A stretch of DNA of 63,580 bases, counting the filler, from Intoshia linei (Eukaryota; Animalia; Orthonectida): NCBI GenBank assembly GCA_001642005.1. It is 6 parts of 6 records of this genome, joined end to end, with 100 filler letters (N's around TTAATTAATTAA, not from the genome) between each part and the next. Parts side by side here need not be neighbours in the genome. Positions count along the whole stretch, not along the records: positions 22,557 to 32,846 come from LWCA01001282.1; positions 32,947 to 53,081 come from LWCA01000744.1; 4 more parts are not named here. One strand, written 5' to 3'. Below the pieces are notes generated by a model that searched no databases, had not been told where the DNA came from, and saw nothing but the letters and a program-made list of their open reading frames with translations. The translations under genes were made by a program, and so were the position numbers. Shown piece by piece: positions 25,908 through 38,622 of the stretch (positions within the stretch are counted from its first letter, which is position 1; each line of letters opens with the position of its first letter).

Positions 25908-28900
25908 TAACATAAATTAAACATAAATGTGCATTTTTCCCTTAAGGGTTGGTAAAAGTGGATTTTTAGTAAAAATTGTTGGATTTAAGAATATTCTCTA
26001 ATATTTATATCATTTTTATGCATTAATCGCCCTCAAAAGTGACATCAATCTTTTGACGACAAAACAAAACAAGTCAATAGATCAAAATTATAAAAAAAAA
26101 ATTTTCGACGTCTGTTTTCAGAATAACACTGTAATTCCAAATAAAAACCTTATTCATTAATATAATCGCCATAAAGTCATGAAATCGATACGTATTTTTT
26201 CCAAATGTATACGATTTATCATTGGATATGATAAACTTAACAATAGATATTGCAATAAGAAGGTATATTAAAATGATATTAATCAAATCCCACCAATTTG
26301 CAAGTATCTAAAAATAAATTGTAGATTCTGAAAAATATTGAAAAAATACTTTCCAAAATGCCAATCGTTCTTTATAAATTTGAATAATAATTTTAACTGT
26401 ATAATATGTGATGAAAACGAGCATTAGTCCTTCCAGTAAAATGATGGCAATAGCATTGGCTCCACTATAGTAATTCAAACGAAATGTATATAATTTAAAA
26501 CTTGGTAAAATTCCTAAATTGAAATGAAATAAATTTATATCTACTTATATTTTAGTTTAGAGATCAATTAATATAATATAACAAATAAAACCTAACAATA
26601 TAAAAAATTACCTCCAATACTCGTAAACTTAACAAATTGCGAAGATAATGCATATTGATTAATTGAAGGATTGAATATGACAAATTCTACAAATACTATG
26701 CGAGTTTGAAAATCTATCCATCGGTTGTCCATTAATTTGTTGATAACATCAATTGATTTGTTTAACGTATTTTCATTTATATCAATGGTATATCCACCCA
26801 AATTTAAATTATAAAAAAAATTGAATGATGTCTCCAAAAAATGATTATCATATTCTCTGTAACAATAATGATCGCAATCTAAAAAATTTAGTTATGAAAT
26901 GAAGGATATGTAACAGGGTACTCAAAATTTTTTTTAAAGTCGGTTTAAAAGCTACATTTCCAACAATATTAACTAAGTCATGAATGGCGGGCAAACATTT
27001 TTTTGTATTGTATTTGAAAAATTAGCTTGTATCACTTTTAAAAATTTTTTGTAATAAATTTAAAAATACTAATTACTTGATATCTTACAAATTACTACCA
27101 AAACAGTTTTAAAATTATTTATTACTAGCTTGACTGTTATGTATTTGGTACAAACAGTATTCTACATTCTACTATAGCTCTGCTGAGTGCGAATATTTTT
27201 ATTCCACCAAAAAAATAAATTAAATACTAAAATCTTACTTAAAAATCCTACATTTACTATTATCAATCCTTCAAAGGTGTGGTTCCTAAACTTGTTTCTA
27301 ATGTGAAATAATGGGTCCACGTGAAATAAGTTTGGGAACCACTCCTTTAAAGGATTGATAATAGTGAATAGTAGCATTTTTAAGTTAGATTTTCTTATTG
27401 AAAATATTTTTTTGGTAGAATAAAAATGTGCTCTCAGCAGAGCTAGATGCTGTTTGTACGTAGTACATAACAGTCAACTAGTATTAATATATAAAAATAA
27501 TAAACATGTTGAATCATTGTTATGTTCTTTCCATCCATTATAATAATGCGTTTTATCAACATTAAATGATTGATACTCGGGATTCATCCATTCTTCCTGT
27601 TTTGTATAATGATTAATACCAATTTCTATATTAATAGATGTAAATATTATAATATTTACAATTTCATTTCATAATGAAAGAAATATCAGTTTTATGTTGA
27701 GGTTTATTTACTACATAAAGGAAGTACAGTATATTCTTATTTCTCGTAATTTGTATATGGCACGTCAACGTGAATATGTAGTATTTGGTGTATTCGTGTA
27801 CTGTTTATGTCAATGGTCCATATTTTTCGCTTATTTTAATATTTTTTATCAATGTCAAATTTAATCATAATTTCTCATCGCATCATGATTCATAACTAAC
27901 TTTTAAAAAAACTTATTCATTTTATATATCTTTTATCTTATTGTTATAATTGAAAAATTAATAATTAAATTTTTTTGTCAAATTTTGTCATTATGTTTCA
28001 AAACTGATTATTAACCCTTACGAGACAATTGCATGTATAGATGCCAAAAACTACACTCATAAATTCACATTAGTTTGTAAAGATGCCAAAAACTACTCAT
28101 AAATTTACATTTGTTTGTATACAAACCATAATAAGGCTTTTAAATTTACTGCTTTGATAATTTTGAACAAATTACTACTTATACAATAACATTTAATATG
28201 CGTAAAAATTAATTTTATTATCAATGTTTACTTTGTATCAACAATAAAATAAATATATTCTAATAACATACAATCACACGACATGATTGTAATTACGTGT
28301 CATAAATTAAATATATTTTATTGCTAATTTTAAGCCAAATTTAAGTTGTTCACTCTACAAATCCATGACATTTGAAATTTGTGAATTTTAAGCTATAAAT
28401 TTTAGTGTTTTTTAACATTTCAAAAGTGAAATTTTTTGCTTTCAATTTTGAAAATCAGCATAGTCTCGTAAGGGTTAAGTGTACATTATTATTACCCGAT
28501 TTAACTCGTAATTGTCGCAACCTCAGAGGTCCAAGAAAATAATTTTGATTTAAATTTTCCTTCTCGAATCGGTGATTATATGAATTGTATTTATGATTAA
28601 ATAAATTCGGAAGTAAACCAGTATTTATCCATTCCATAAATTCTGTCGAACTGACGATCTATGTGAATAGATAAAGTTAAATATTATCCATTGGAAGTTT
28701 ATAAAAATGTATAATTAATTATGCCGTTTAAATAGTGGCTTAACTAGATCTAATTGGAATTCTACCACCCAAAATTAAAACAATGAATAGCATGTACAAT
28801 AGGACCATTCCAATTTTGACTTTTTTTTAAATTTAAAAAAGACATATATAATAATCTTCATTTTATTTGGTGCAGAATGATATTGTAATAAATATAAAAA

Positions 28901-31900
28901 TGATAATAACAAAGTTGTATTACTTTTAGTTTCGTTGTTGTAATTTAAATTCGAAACAAAATGTTTTGAAAATGAGAATTTGAAATTTAAAAATGGCATA
29001 GCAATGAAAAAAATTCCGAAGGAATGAATTTATAGATTTTCATCCATATTTCTATATTGGAAATGTGTAGACATTCAATGTACATTTTTTTTGAAATTAT
29101 AGGATCAATATTTACATTTTCAATTTTTATTTTAATTGGAATATTTGAAAAATATTGGTTGATAATATCTTAATAATTATTTTTCACCGGGAATGCGTAG
29201 ATTGCCGGGATTGAAATTTTGTATTTATATGAACTGGAATAAGTTCTATCAGAATAATCTTTCTTTTTTTTTCGTCACAAACACCCCCGCGTTTTTACCT
29301 TTTTCTGTTTTCCTAACATTTTTCATAGTAAAAAAATATGGCAACATTTTTCCTAGTAGTTATCATGCATTTGTTATCATTTTAAGTTATAACATAGATC
29401 ATGTGACACTAATTATATTAATTAAAAAAAATCAATAAAAAATTTTAAATTTTCCTTTATTTTAGACACAGTTCACGGACAAACTTTTCGTCATATTTAA
29501 AAAAATTATATAATTTCAAAAAAAGACATGAATTTATTTGAACAGGGTCAAGATATTTTAAATGCTTCTACTCAAATATTTTTTAAATACTATTGTAAAA
29601 AAATAATTATGTTAAGTTTATTATATTAAAAGTAAAACGAATTTAAAAATGATAAAATTAATTCATCACTTTTGTGAATATTTTATTACCGTGGATACTA
29701 TTTATATTTCTATTTTTTTACTTAAGTACATTTTTACATAGAAAATTGGTATGAATTTAATAAACAAATATGAATTAAATTCGTTTATAGTTTTTGAACA
29801 TTTTCAACATTAATAGTTGTCGTATAATATAATTTTAATAAATTAATAATACCGAATGGAATTGAGTTTTTCCAACATCATTTAAATAAAGTTGATTAAC
29901 TGCTGTCTGAAAATCAAATTCATTATCTCCTCTTATGGAAAAAGTTAATGTCGTTAAAATAAACAGGTAAAATAAGTAAAGTATTAACTGCTTCAATATA
30001 TTGTCCATTTTTTTATTTTTTGATCTAAAATTAATTTCACTCTTAATATTTTAATAAAAACTAATGACCAAATGTAATTAAGTTACCTATTTTTGATGGA
30101 TAATATTATATTGGATTTTCGAGTATCTGGATCAATTTTATTATACAGTAAAAACCGATTATATGATTGTAGTTGACAATTCTGATGTTCTATATTTTTT
30201 TTTAAATTATTCATACAATTTTCGATCCAATTTGATGTTACAATGCGTCTGCCAGTGCCTCTAATATGAGTTCTCTTTTTATAAGTAGATTTATCAAGTT
30301 TATAGAACAATATTGCGTAAAGATAAAACAAAAACATAACCTTTAAAGGTTGAGAAAATAAAAAAGATTCTGTAAATGAAAATAAAAACGAAAACAGCCA
30401 TTGAATCGATTTTTCTCGTCCAAATACACCAGCTACCTCGACAGTTAACCAAAAAGAAACTCCTGCACAAACAAGTGCCAAGAAATAAGCAAACACTGTG
30501 AACCCCCAAGGCAATGAAAAAGATGTGGATTTGTGAAAAAATAGAGATTTATCATAATCTTGAGTAGTGATATTATCGTGATGAACGTTTGAATCAAATG
30601 AAAACCCAATTTCTTCATATTTAATGAACGAATTTGTTGAAGTATTTGGTGGTGTTAATTGGTCCATTTGAGCATTTGCTTCAGATGTAGTGTATTTAGA
30701 ATGCCCAGATAATGTTCTACTGTGTTCAGAAGCAGTGTCATCATTTTTACTTGATTTTGACATAAGTCGTTTTTTTTTAAACTCAGATTTAATTTTTTTG
30801 TACGCTTTAGATATTGGAAAACTTTTACGACTGTCTGAATTTGATCTATTCAAATTTGATGATTTTGAATTATTTGTTGCAATCGTTAAATGTGAACTAT
30901 TGATGTTATCATTTCTTTTTCCAGTGTCAATGCTTATATCAGAATGTGAAGGTATTTGTTGATCTATGCTAGTGTCTATAGAATTATCTTGATTGATTTT
31001 CATTTTTGTCAAAGAGTTTTTAGATAATGCTTGAATACTGTGAATACGTTTCACTGCATTTTTGAATTTAGATTTAATATTTACTTTCCTTTTTAAATTT
31101 TTTAGAGCATTTTCATAATTCATTTCTCCTTTAATGTATTTAGAAATTACGTTTAAATCTGATAAAAAAGTTGTATATAAAAAGCTATGTTTTTGGGGCG
31201 AATTTCGTGAATATGAAAAAAGGGCTACAATTACAAGAGATATCGGAAATATTATAGCGCTAGATACAATTCCGACTAAATTGATTTTTTAAATTTTTAA
31301 TTATTTTTTAAAACCATATATTTGAGTAACAGACATTACTATCGAACCCAGTCTAATCACTTGTACATTTAAATTTTCATCAGCTTTGTAAAATAGGATT
31401 GTAGTCATCATTGTTAACAGTAGTAGTATTAAGCATGTTGTAAATCTTTGAACTCTGGTGTACGTTGATTCTGCTGATTTATAAATACAACTTAACCATA
31501 TGTGGTTGTTGCTCATTGAACCGGATATTATGTGGTTTCTGTTAAAACTCTCTACCTCTTTTATACTGGATATTTTTACATTTCTTTCCAACTAAATTAA
31601 ATCAATTTACGTTTTAGAAAATAACGTCAATTAATTATTTCATGTTTAAAAATTTTTGAATTTTATTAGGATGAGTATGGCGTGAAATAATAATTAATAC
31701 ATGCATATTGGAATATACCATTTAACCCAATTCTATGATATAAACCTGTGTCCAAAATTTGGGATCCAAATGCATAGAAATATATTAAATTGTAAATTAT
31801 ATATAATAAATAAAATATTACAATTCCAAAAGATGGAATCCAATCATTTATAATAAAGTCATCAATTCTACTATTCGTTAAATCGGTAACATGAATACTC

Positions 31901-32640
31901 GCTACATTCCAATCTGGGCGAGTTCCAGAAAAATCATGCCAAATTCTATAAATATATTAAAATATAAAGCCATGTCATATAGTGAACTAGAATGGTACAG
32001 GTAGGGACATATGTCCTGGGCCTACAATCATTAGGGTCTAATTTTTTAAATTATTAATAGGTAAAATTTATTAATTGATCGAAGGGTTTACCATTATAAT
32101 AATCCTTACTTATATAAAATAATTTATAAATAGTAAAAAAAAATTCTTTTTTAGTTAAAAATGTTTGTCTGTTCGTCTATTTGTCTATATGCTTGTTTGT
32201 CGAGTTGATTTAGGAAAGTAAGAAGAGTTGAGTTTTAAGAATACCCATTTCTAATACAGTTTTTTGTGGGAGTTGTTTTATCGCAAATTTTATTTTCAAA
32301 AATTGAATTGTTCGATGTCAAAACCTTAATTATCTCTTTTTTTTTTAAAATCTAAATGAGTTTTAGAGTTGGAAAAAATACATAATCTGATAAGTTAAAG
32401 ATACCATATAACTTTAGTTCACCACAAGACATTAGTAAAGTTAATTTGGTAACTAATTAATCAAAGAATAATAAAATACGTTATTGATTCAATGTTCCCC
32501 AAATCGTTTGGTAGAAATAGAATAAATGAATCACATGCACCGCGTCTAAATAACTTTTTCGAATAATCGTAAAGGTTTTTATTCAATTCTGTTGATTTAC
32601 TGCCAAAAAATGAAATAAAAACGTTTGAAGTGGTTCCTAC
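23672..32640 (-). CDS. PKD1-like polycystin (PLAT domain to TM11; 5' part missing)
   Basis: PLAT GTTSNVFISFFG..FRRGACDSF..WHDFSG; HIWLS..YTRVQRFTTC; LPW; WL.SF..SF.ESFLFSQPLKV; LGPLRLRQLRV; LGGY..NRWIDFQTR.VFVEF..FNP; channel helices and pore FKDFTSACYTLF. Confidence 0.9.
24525..24820. mobile_element. piggyBac-type MITE; related right end at ~22780-22814
   Basis: TTAA|ccttttcacag ... cagtgaaaggg|TTAA. Confidence 0.75.
25722..25998. mobile_element. Mutator-like MITE with central (AAT)n; related fragments at ~18345, 19250, 51320, 61095
   Basis: Long imperfect TIRs (gagtgtctacttaaatcc / ggatttaagaatattctc) and perfect 9-bp TSD taatattta. Confidence 0.75.
25866..25906. repeat. (AAT)n microsatellite
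   Basis: Direct tandem repeat. Confidence 0.9.
27124..27482. repeat. Imperfect palindrome made of two oppositely oriented Helitron 3' ends
   Basis: Both arms end in hairpin+CTAG and are reverse-complement similar through to the centre (~27300). Confidence 0.7.
28015..28474. mobile_element. piggyBac-type MITE; related right end at ~4070-4228
   Basis: TTAA|cccttacgagac ... gtctcgtaaggg|TTAA. Confidence 0.85.
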
Positions 32641-32846
32641 AAGTTGTATTACATTACATATAAAATGTATATCAGTCGTGTCAAATTAGCGGGTAGCGGG
32701 CCGCCGCGACTTCGTATATGTATATTAGGGTATCCACTTTTTAAACTTTCGGTTGAATTAACAAAAGTATATTTTAATGAGCGTTCGAAATTTAATTTAG
32801 AACACAATTACCGATTAAATTTTATCTAGTTTTGTAATTTCCTTCG

Positions 32847-32946
32847 NNNNNNNNNNNNNNNNNNNNNNNNNNNNNNNNNNNNNNNNNNNNTTAATTAATT
32901 AANNNNNNNNNNNNNNNNNNNNNNNNNNNNNNNNNNNNNNNNNNNN
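32847..32946. other. Artificial contig linker
   Basis: N-run with TTAATTAATTAA. Confidence 0.95.
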
Positions 32947-33325
32947 TCATTGTTGCCCTTATGTGTTATAAACTCTTATATAAAGAAATCGGAGGGAAAT
33001 AATATTAAAAATCAATAAATTTATTTTAATAATGTGCCGTTTCTATTAGTCATGACAGCATTCAAATGAATTTTAATACATATAAAAAGGATAAGTAATC
33101 ATTTTAATTTTTTAATATCCTTTTTCTGATCTTTATTACGTTTATTTTTTTATTGGCGTGTATTGATTAATTTAGCGTTTAAATATAATAAATATGTAAT
33201 AATATAATAAAAATAATGAATAATAAAAAATTTAGCTTATTTTTCAATAATTTGGCGGCTGGTGTTTAATTTGGCTTACGCAAAATAATACAATGAATTG
33301 CAATTGATTGGATATAATAAATTAC

Positions 33326-33700
<375 letters not shown>

Positions 33701-33837
33701 TAAAAAGTCGTGCGAAGCAAATAAAATAAGTTATCTATGGCTACATGATCTGTTTTTATAGCAAAAACTAGAATTAAAATTCCGATATCCAGAATCACCA
33801 GGTAAATTAACTAAACTAAGTTTCTAGTTGTTATACA

Positions 33838-34596
33838 ATGATATTTTTTTTGTTTTTATTTCTTGTGAGAGGAGAAGAATTGACATTTGAATTACAAGAC
33901 AATGAAGAAATGTGTTTTTTCAAAGACATAAAGACAAACAACGCAGCCTTCAACTACTTAGTTTATTTAGTGTCAGTTTATACAATTATTTAATTTAAAG
34001 GTTTTATCCGGAGGAAATTTAGATGTGGATGTACAAGTCCGTTCACCAATTAACCAAATTATTTATGTTCAACGGAAATCAAAATATGGCGACGAAGAGC
34101 TGGACGTGGAACATTTGGGCGAATACAAAATATGTTTTTCTAATCGCTTTTCCAGCATCTCCCACAAGATTGTAAATTTTGCCATTTCCGATTACGAAGA
34201 CGATGCATTTGATATTCCTAATGACATGAAACAGAAAAACACCCCTATTACCAAAGTATAATTCCGTTTGATTTTGATTTACTTATCAAAATTATCAATT
34301 GTTAGTTTAAAAATTTAGTTATCCGAACTGACTAATGATATAAAACACCACAATGATGTTTCCGAAAAGTATCAAGTATACTTTAGAAATATTGCAGTTC
34401 GTGATCGCATTGCTACAGAAGATTTAAATTTTGCAGTTCAGTGGTACACAATTTTCTCAAAATTATATTTTTATATACGCCACTTAAACTATTTAGGTTG
34501 TCGATAATTATGATGAGTGCTATAGCAGTTATATCGCTTATTCAAGTTAGTGTACTCAAAAGTTATTTTACGGAAAAATCTCCATCTATCATATAA
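33838..34596 (+). CDS. p24/TMED GOLD-domain cargo receptor (TMED3/7-like)
   Basis: Signal peptide, ELTFELQDNEEMCF, SGGNLDVDV, GEYKICFSNRFSSISHKIVNF, RDRIATEDLN, TM followed by QVSVLKSYF. Confidence 0.88.
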
Positions 34597-34623
34597 CATT
34601 TATTAAATTTTATACTTTTCACA

Positions 34624-37600
34624 TTAATTTGTATATGATTGGTAGAATAATTTGGTAGCTTGGGTAAATTCCTAAATTAGCAATTTAATTTAAAAAGTTA
34701 CTATTAATACTTTGGCTTCTTGGGTATTTATTATAGTAAATTTCTTTCCGTGGTCAACTCGTCCAAATAATTTTTTAATATTACACTAGAAATTATATAA
34801 ACATTCAAAATGAGTTTAGTCATTTAAAGATACCTGTATATAAATTTTATCTCCGGTAAGTTTGGGTTCAGAAGTTATTGTAGACCAGTTATATGTAAAC
34901 ATACTTACCCAATTTTTCATAAGGCTATCAGTTTTTATGTACAAAATTCGTCTAAATTAATTCTATTTACATTGTTCATCAAAATTACTTATTAGTAGCC
35001 ACCAACATGTGTTTTTTACAATTACTCGTATATGTATGCGCAACATATGTGTCGGTAGTAGAGTATTTTCCATTGTCAACATCCTAAATCGTAGTTTAAA
35101 AACATTTAAATTGAAAAGGTACGAATCGAATTACAAGATGATAATGTCATGTTGATTTTAAAAGTTATAATCAATATGAATGGAGGTTGAATATAAATGG
35201 AGGGAAAAAATTGTTATAATTCAAATTTAGTCTAAATGAGTTTCTAAATCTGTGTATTCACATGGCAATATAAAAATTAGAATTTGACAAAGTGATGCGA
35301 TGTAATTATCATAATTATTATTATGTAATTATATAATGAATTGCATTTTTAAAATGGTAATTAAAGTTTAAAAAATCAATGATATTGTTTAATTCATTAA
35401 AATTTATTTTTTCATTTTTCAAAAAAAATATATTGTAATTATTTTATCCTTACTTACATAAATTGAATGTCTGTGTTACCGTTTTTTCAATAACTAAGAG
35501 TCCTACAATTTTAAGAAACAAAAATTCAAAGTCAGATTTTTCCGGGCAGAAATTAAAATAAATTTCAATCTCAGATACTTACCACTTCCTGATCAAAAAT
35601 CTAATTATCCTGTTTTTTTTATAAATCAAACGAGTCCGAAATTTAAAAAAATAAACTCTCTGATACAAATTTTAAAATGGGGAGTAATTAATTTTTCAGT
35701 ATTTAATTAAAATACTGACAGTTTTTAATAAAAAAATTTCTCTATTTTAAACATAAAATTGTCAGTATAAACACTAAAATGTCAGTAATACTTTGTCTTA
35801 TATACTTTATCATATTACTTATATACTTTGTCAGTATTCAATTATATATTTGTCAGTTTTTAATTGTTTCCTTGTCAGTAAATATATTAACTAGATCAGA
35901 AATTCATCAAAAATTGTAAGTAACTCAACAAAAAAGTATATAGAAATTTTATAGAAACACATTTTATAAAATAATATTTTGTCAGTAAAAAAATTGAATT
36001 GTAAGTTTGATGATAATAGAGTGTCAGTATAAAAATTAAAAATCTAGTTTTTGAAATATTATATCATCCACTACAGACCCAAGTTAAAATTGAAATATTA
36101 AGATACCATATCACAAAAAAATTAGAAATATTCTATGGTGTTCACACCAGAGAATATTTTTTTATGAGAACAAATAGAATATTTTACAAAATCATTTTAT
36201 ACAGAATATTCAATTTAAATACTGACAATCAATTATTTATACTGACACCTTGTCAACTGGCACCTAAAATACTGACAATCCATTATATGAACTGACAATT
36301 TAATTAACAAATTAATAAGAAAAATACTGACGCGATAAATACACGCCTTTTAAAATCATGAGCATTAGTAAAGGAAAATTGATGGATTGGCCCCCTAACA
36401 GTCCGGATTTAAACCCTATAGATAATTACTGGAGCATGATAAAAATGTAACATATTGAAATTACCTTAATAATTATTTATGTTAATCATTTAGAAAATTA
36501 TATTTTGCTGGGACTCAGTATAACTCCCTTGATCTACTTTTGAATGCGATTGAAGAGGTATCTAAATCTATTATGCCAGAACGTGTCAAGAATTTGACCG
36601 ATTCGGTCGATGGTAGACTTATTAAGTTGTTACAAGTCTATGGTAACTACATTTTAACATACTGATCCATCAAATTTAGTATGATTGATTGCATTTGCAT
36701 AATATTTTGGCACACTAACATTAATAATAATAACTAATAAATTTATATATTTAATTGTTTTAATTTTAATTGCTTCAAATTTTTTTCTTTTAATTACAAA
36801 TAATATCACATAATGTCAAGTACATTCTATAAAAAAATTAACAATTTCACTCAACTTTTAAGTATATTTTTGCAAGTTTTTTAGATCTGCATAATATTTT
36901 GGGCCAGTGTGTAAGTTAGGATTATTAGCTATTTTATTCAAAGGAAAAAGGTTTAAAGAAACATTTAAATTTAAGATTACTTGTATCACTGAAACCCCTA
37001 AAGCTTTATACAGATTGTATGGTCTCACTACAAAATTTTCTCCCATATATCGAGGAGGCCGTATTCTTTTTAAAGCTTTCTTACATTCGGTTGAACTACA
37101 TAAAATTAATCAATATATGGTAAAATTCACCTTTTAATTCCATCCAAGGTTGAACTAGCAAAATCAACAACACCACCAACCGGCCTAGTAACGACACCAA
37201 CCAGGCCAACACCGAGGCCTATACAAATTTGATAATGTATTTATAACAATCACCTTTAAAGAATCCACCAGCACCTTCGTCTTTTGCACCTTCGATAGGT
37301 TGAGTAATAATCCCGGTCACACCATCAAAAATACCCTATATAAAAGTTAACAAATTTATACAAATTCGAACGCGTATTAAATGTTTTCCTCCAGATCGTA
37401 TGCCCTCACCGAAATCATCGGGAGTTTTGTTCATTCGTTTTCGGCGTAATTTCTGGTGTTTTTTATCAAAAGATAAAACTGAGATCCCTTTACCAAAGGT
37501 ACCCGCTATACGAGAAAATGCACCAGCTGCTCCACCTAAACATACGGTTTAAAACTGATGGTTCCTTTTAATGTATACCGATAGTGTGTCCAAAGAAGGA

Positions 37601-38603
37601 ACGCAAACCTGTTGCTACCCCAGTAAAAAATTCTTGTGGTCCTTCAATAGCACCCTAAAATAAATAAAAATAGAATCAACTAATACATTTACCTTGTACG
37701 GTTCATAGAATAAATCCTCGATTCCGGTGGCAAATCCTGTCAAAACACCATACGGGTTTCCTAATACATCCAGTCCGAGTACTAGAGCGTATGCTTCCTT
37801 GATAGCCTAGTTAAAAAATGTTAAGCTCTGAAAGGTACATAGTAAGTAAAAATATAAATTAACCTGTTGATAATAATGAGTTTGAATTTCACTGAGTAAG
37901 GTGGAAGTTGTGTAAAATTCACCATTCCGTTCAAAGTACCCCAATCTTAATCATAATTAAAAAAGAAAAAATATGATTACTTGAAACAGACATCGCGTAT
38001 ATCTGTGAGTAGAAAACCGATATTTTTTAAAAATAGCAAAATGGTATTATCCGAAGTTCCCAGTCGACTGGATAATGTAAACGTCAATTGAATCTACACA
38101 ATGTTGAAATCGAAATAAATGAAAATATACTTTTAAAGGACTAATGTGCAGATTATCAAAAAAATTTCTCTTTTCATCATCACGAGATTGACTAAACTCG
38201 TTTAAAGAATAATCAGTCATGTCAAGATTTTGTTCAAAATTTTCAATCTTTACATTTTTTATTTTTAGATCATCATTAATGTCTGAATATTTATCAACAA
38301 AGAAAGACAAGAGAGTATTTATAAAATTTTGATCAATTTGAGTGATAATTTCTTGTATCAATACTTTAAAATATCTGAAATTTAAAATTGCATGATTTTA
38401 CATTTTAACAAAAAATGAATGTAATTACTTAAATTGTATAATATTGCTGTTCAGGATAGTGCGCATCATTACTGATGCTTCAGCAAAGGGTTTGTTTTCT
38501 AAATAAAATTGAATAAATAACAGTGTATTCACAAACCTGTAGAATGTCTTTGAATCGAACCAAGGGCTACGGTATACATGGCTGATTTGAGTTGATTGTC
38601 AAT
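34624..38603 (-). CDS. VPS13: VPS13 family lipid transfer protein, C-terminal exons only
   Basis: [95 protein letters not shown]-like end. Confidence 0.9.
35679..36347. mobile_element. Mutator/Merlin-like non-autonomous element with many TGTCAGT subterminal motifs; shorter inverted copy at 55149-55460
   Basis: GG..CC termini, imperfect TIR and perfect 9-bp TSD ttttaaaat. Inserted into a Helitron-like repeat. Confidence 0.7.
36360..36670 (+). mobile_element. Tc1-like (DD37E-related) transposase 3' fragment in VPS13 intron
   Basis: [16 protein letters not shown] ... [15 protein letters not shown], homologous to the 38623-41124 element. Confidence 0.75.
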
Positions 38604-38622
38604 CTAATTATTTTACAGTTAT

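Noticed and set aside
35679-36347. CRISPR-like array of TGTCAGT motifs
   Set aside because: The motifs are short and irregularly spaced inside a TIR/TSD element in eukaryotic DNA, with no cas genes.
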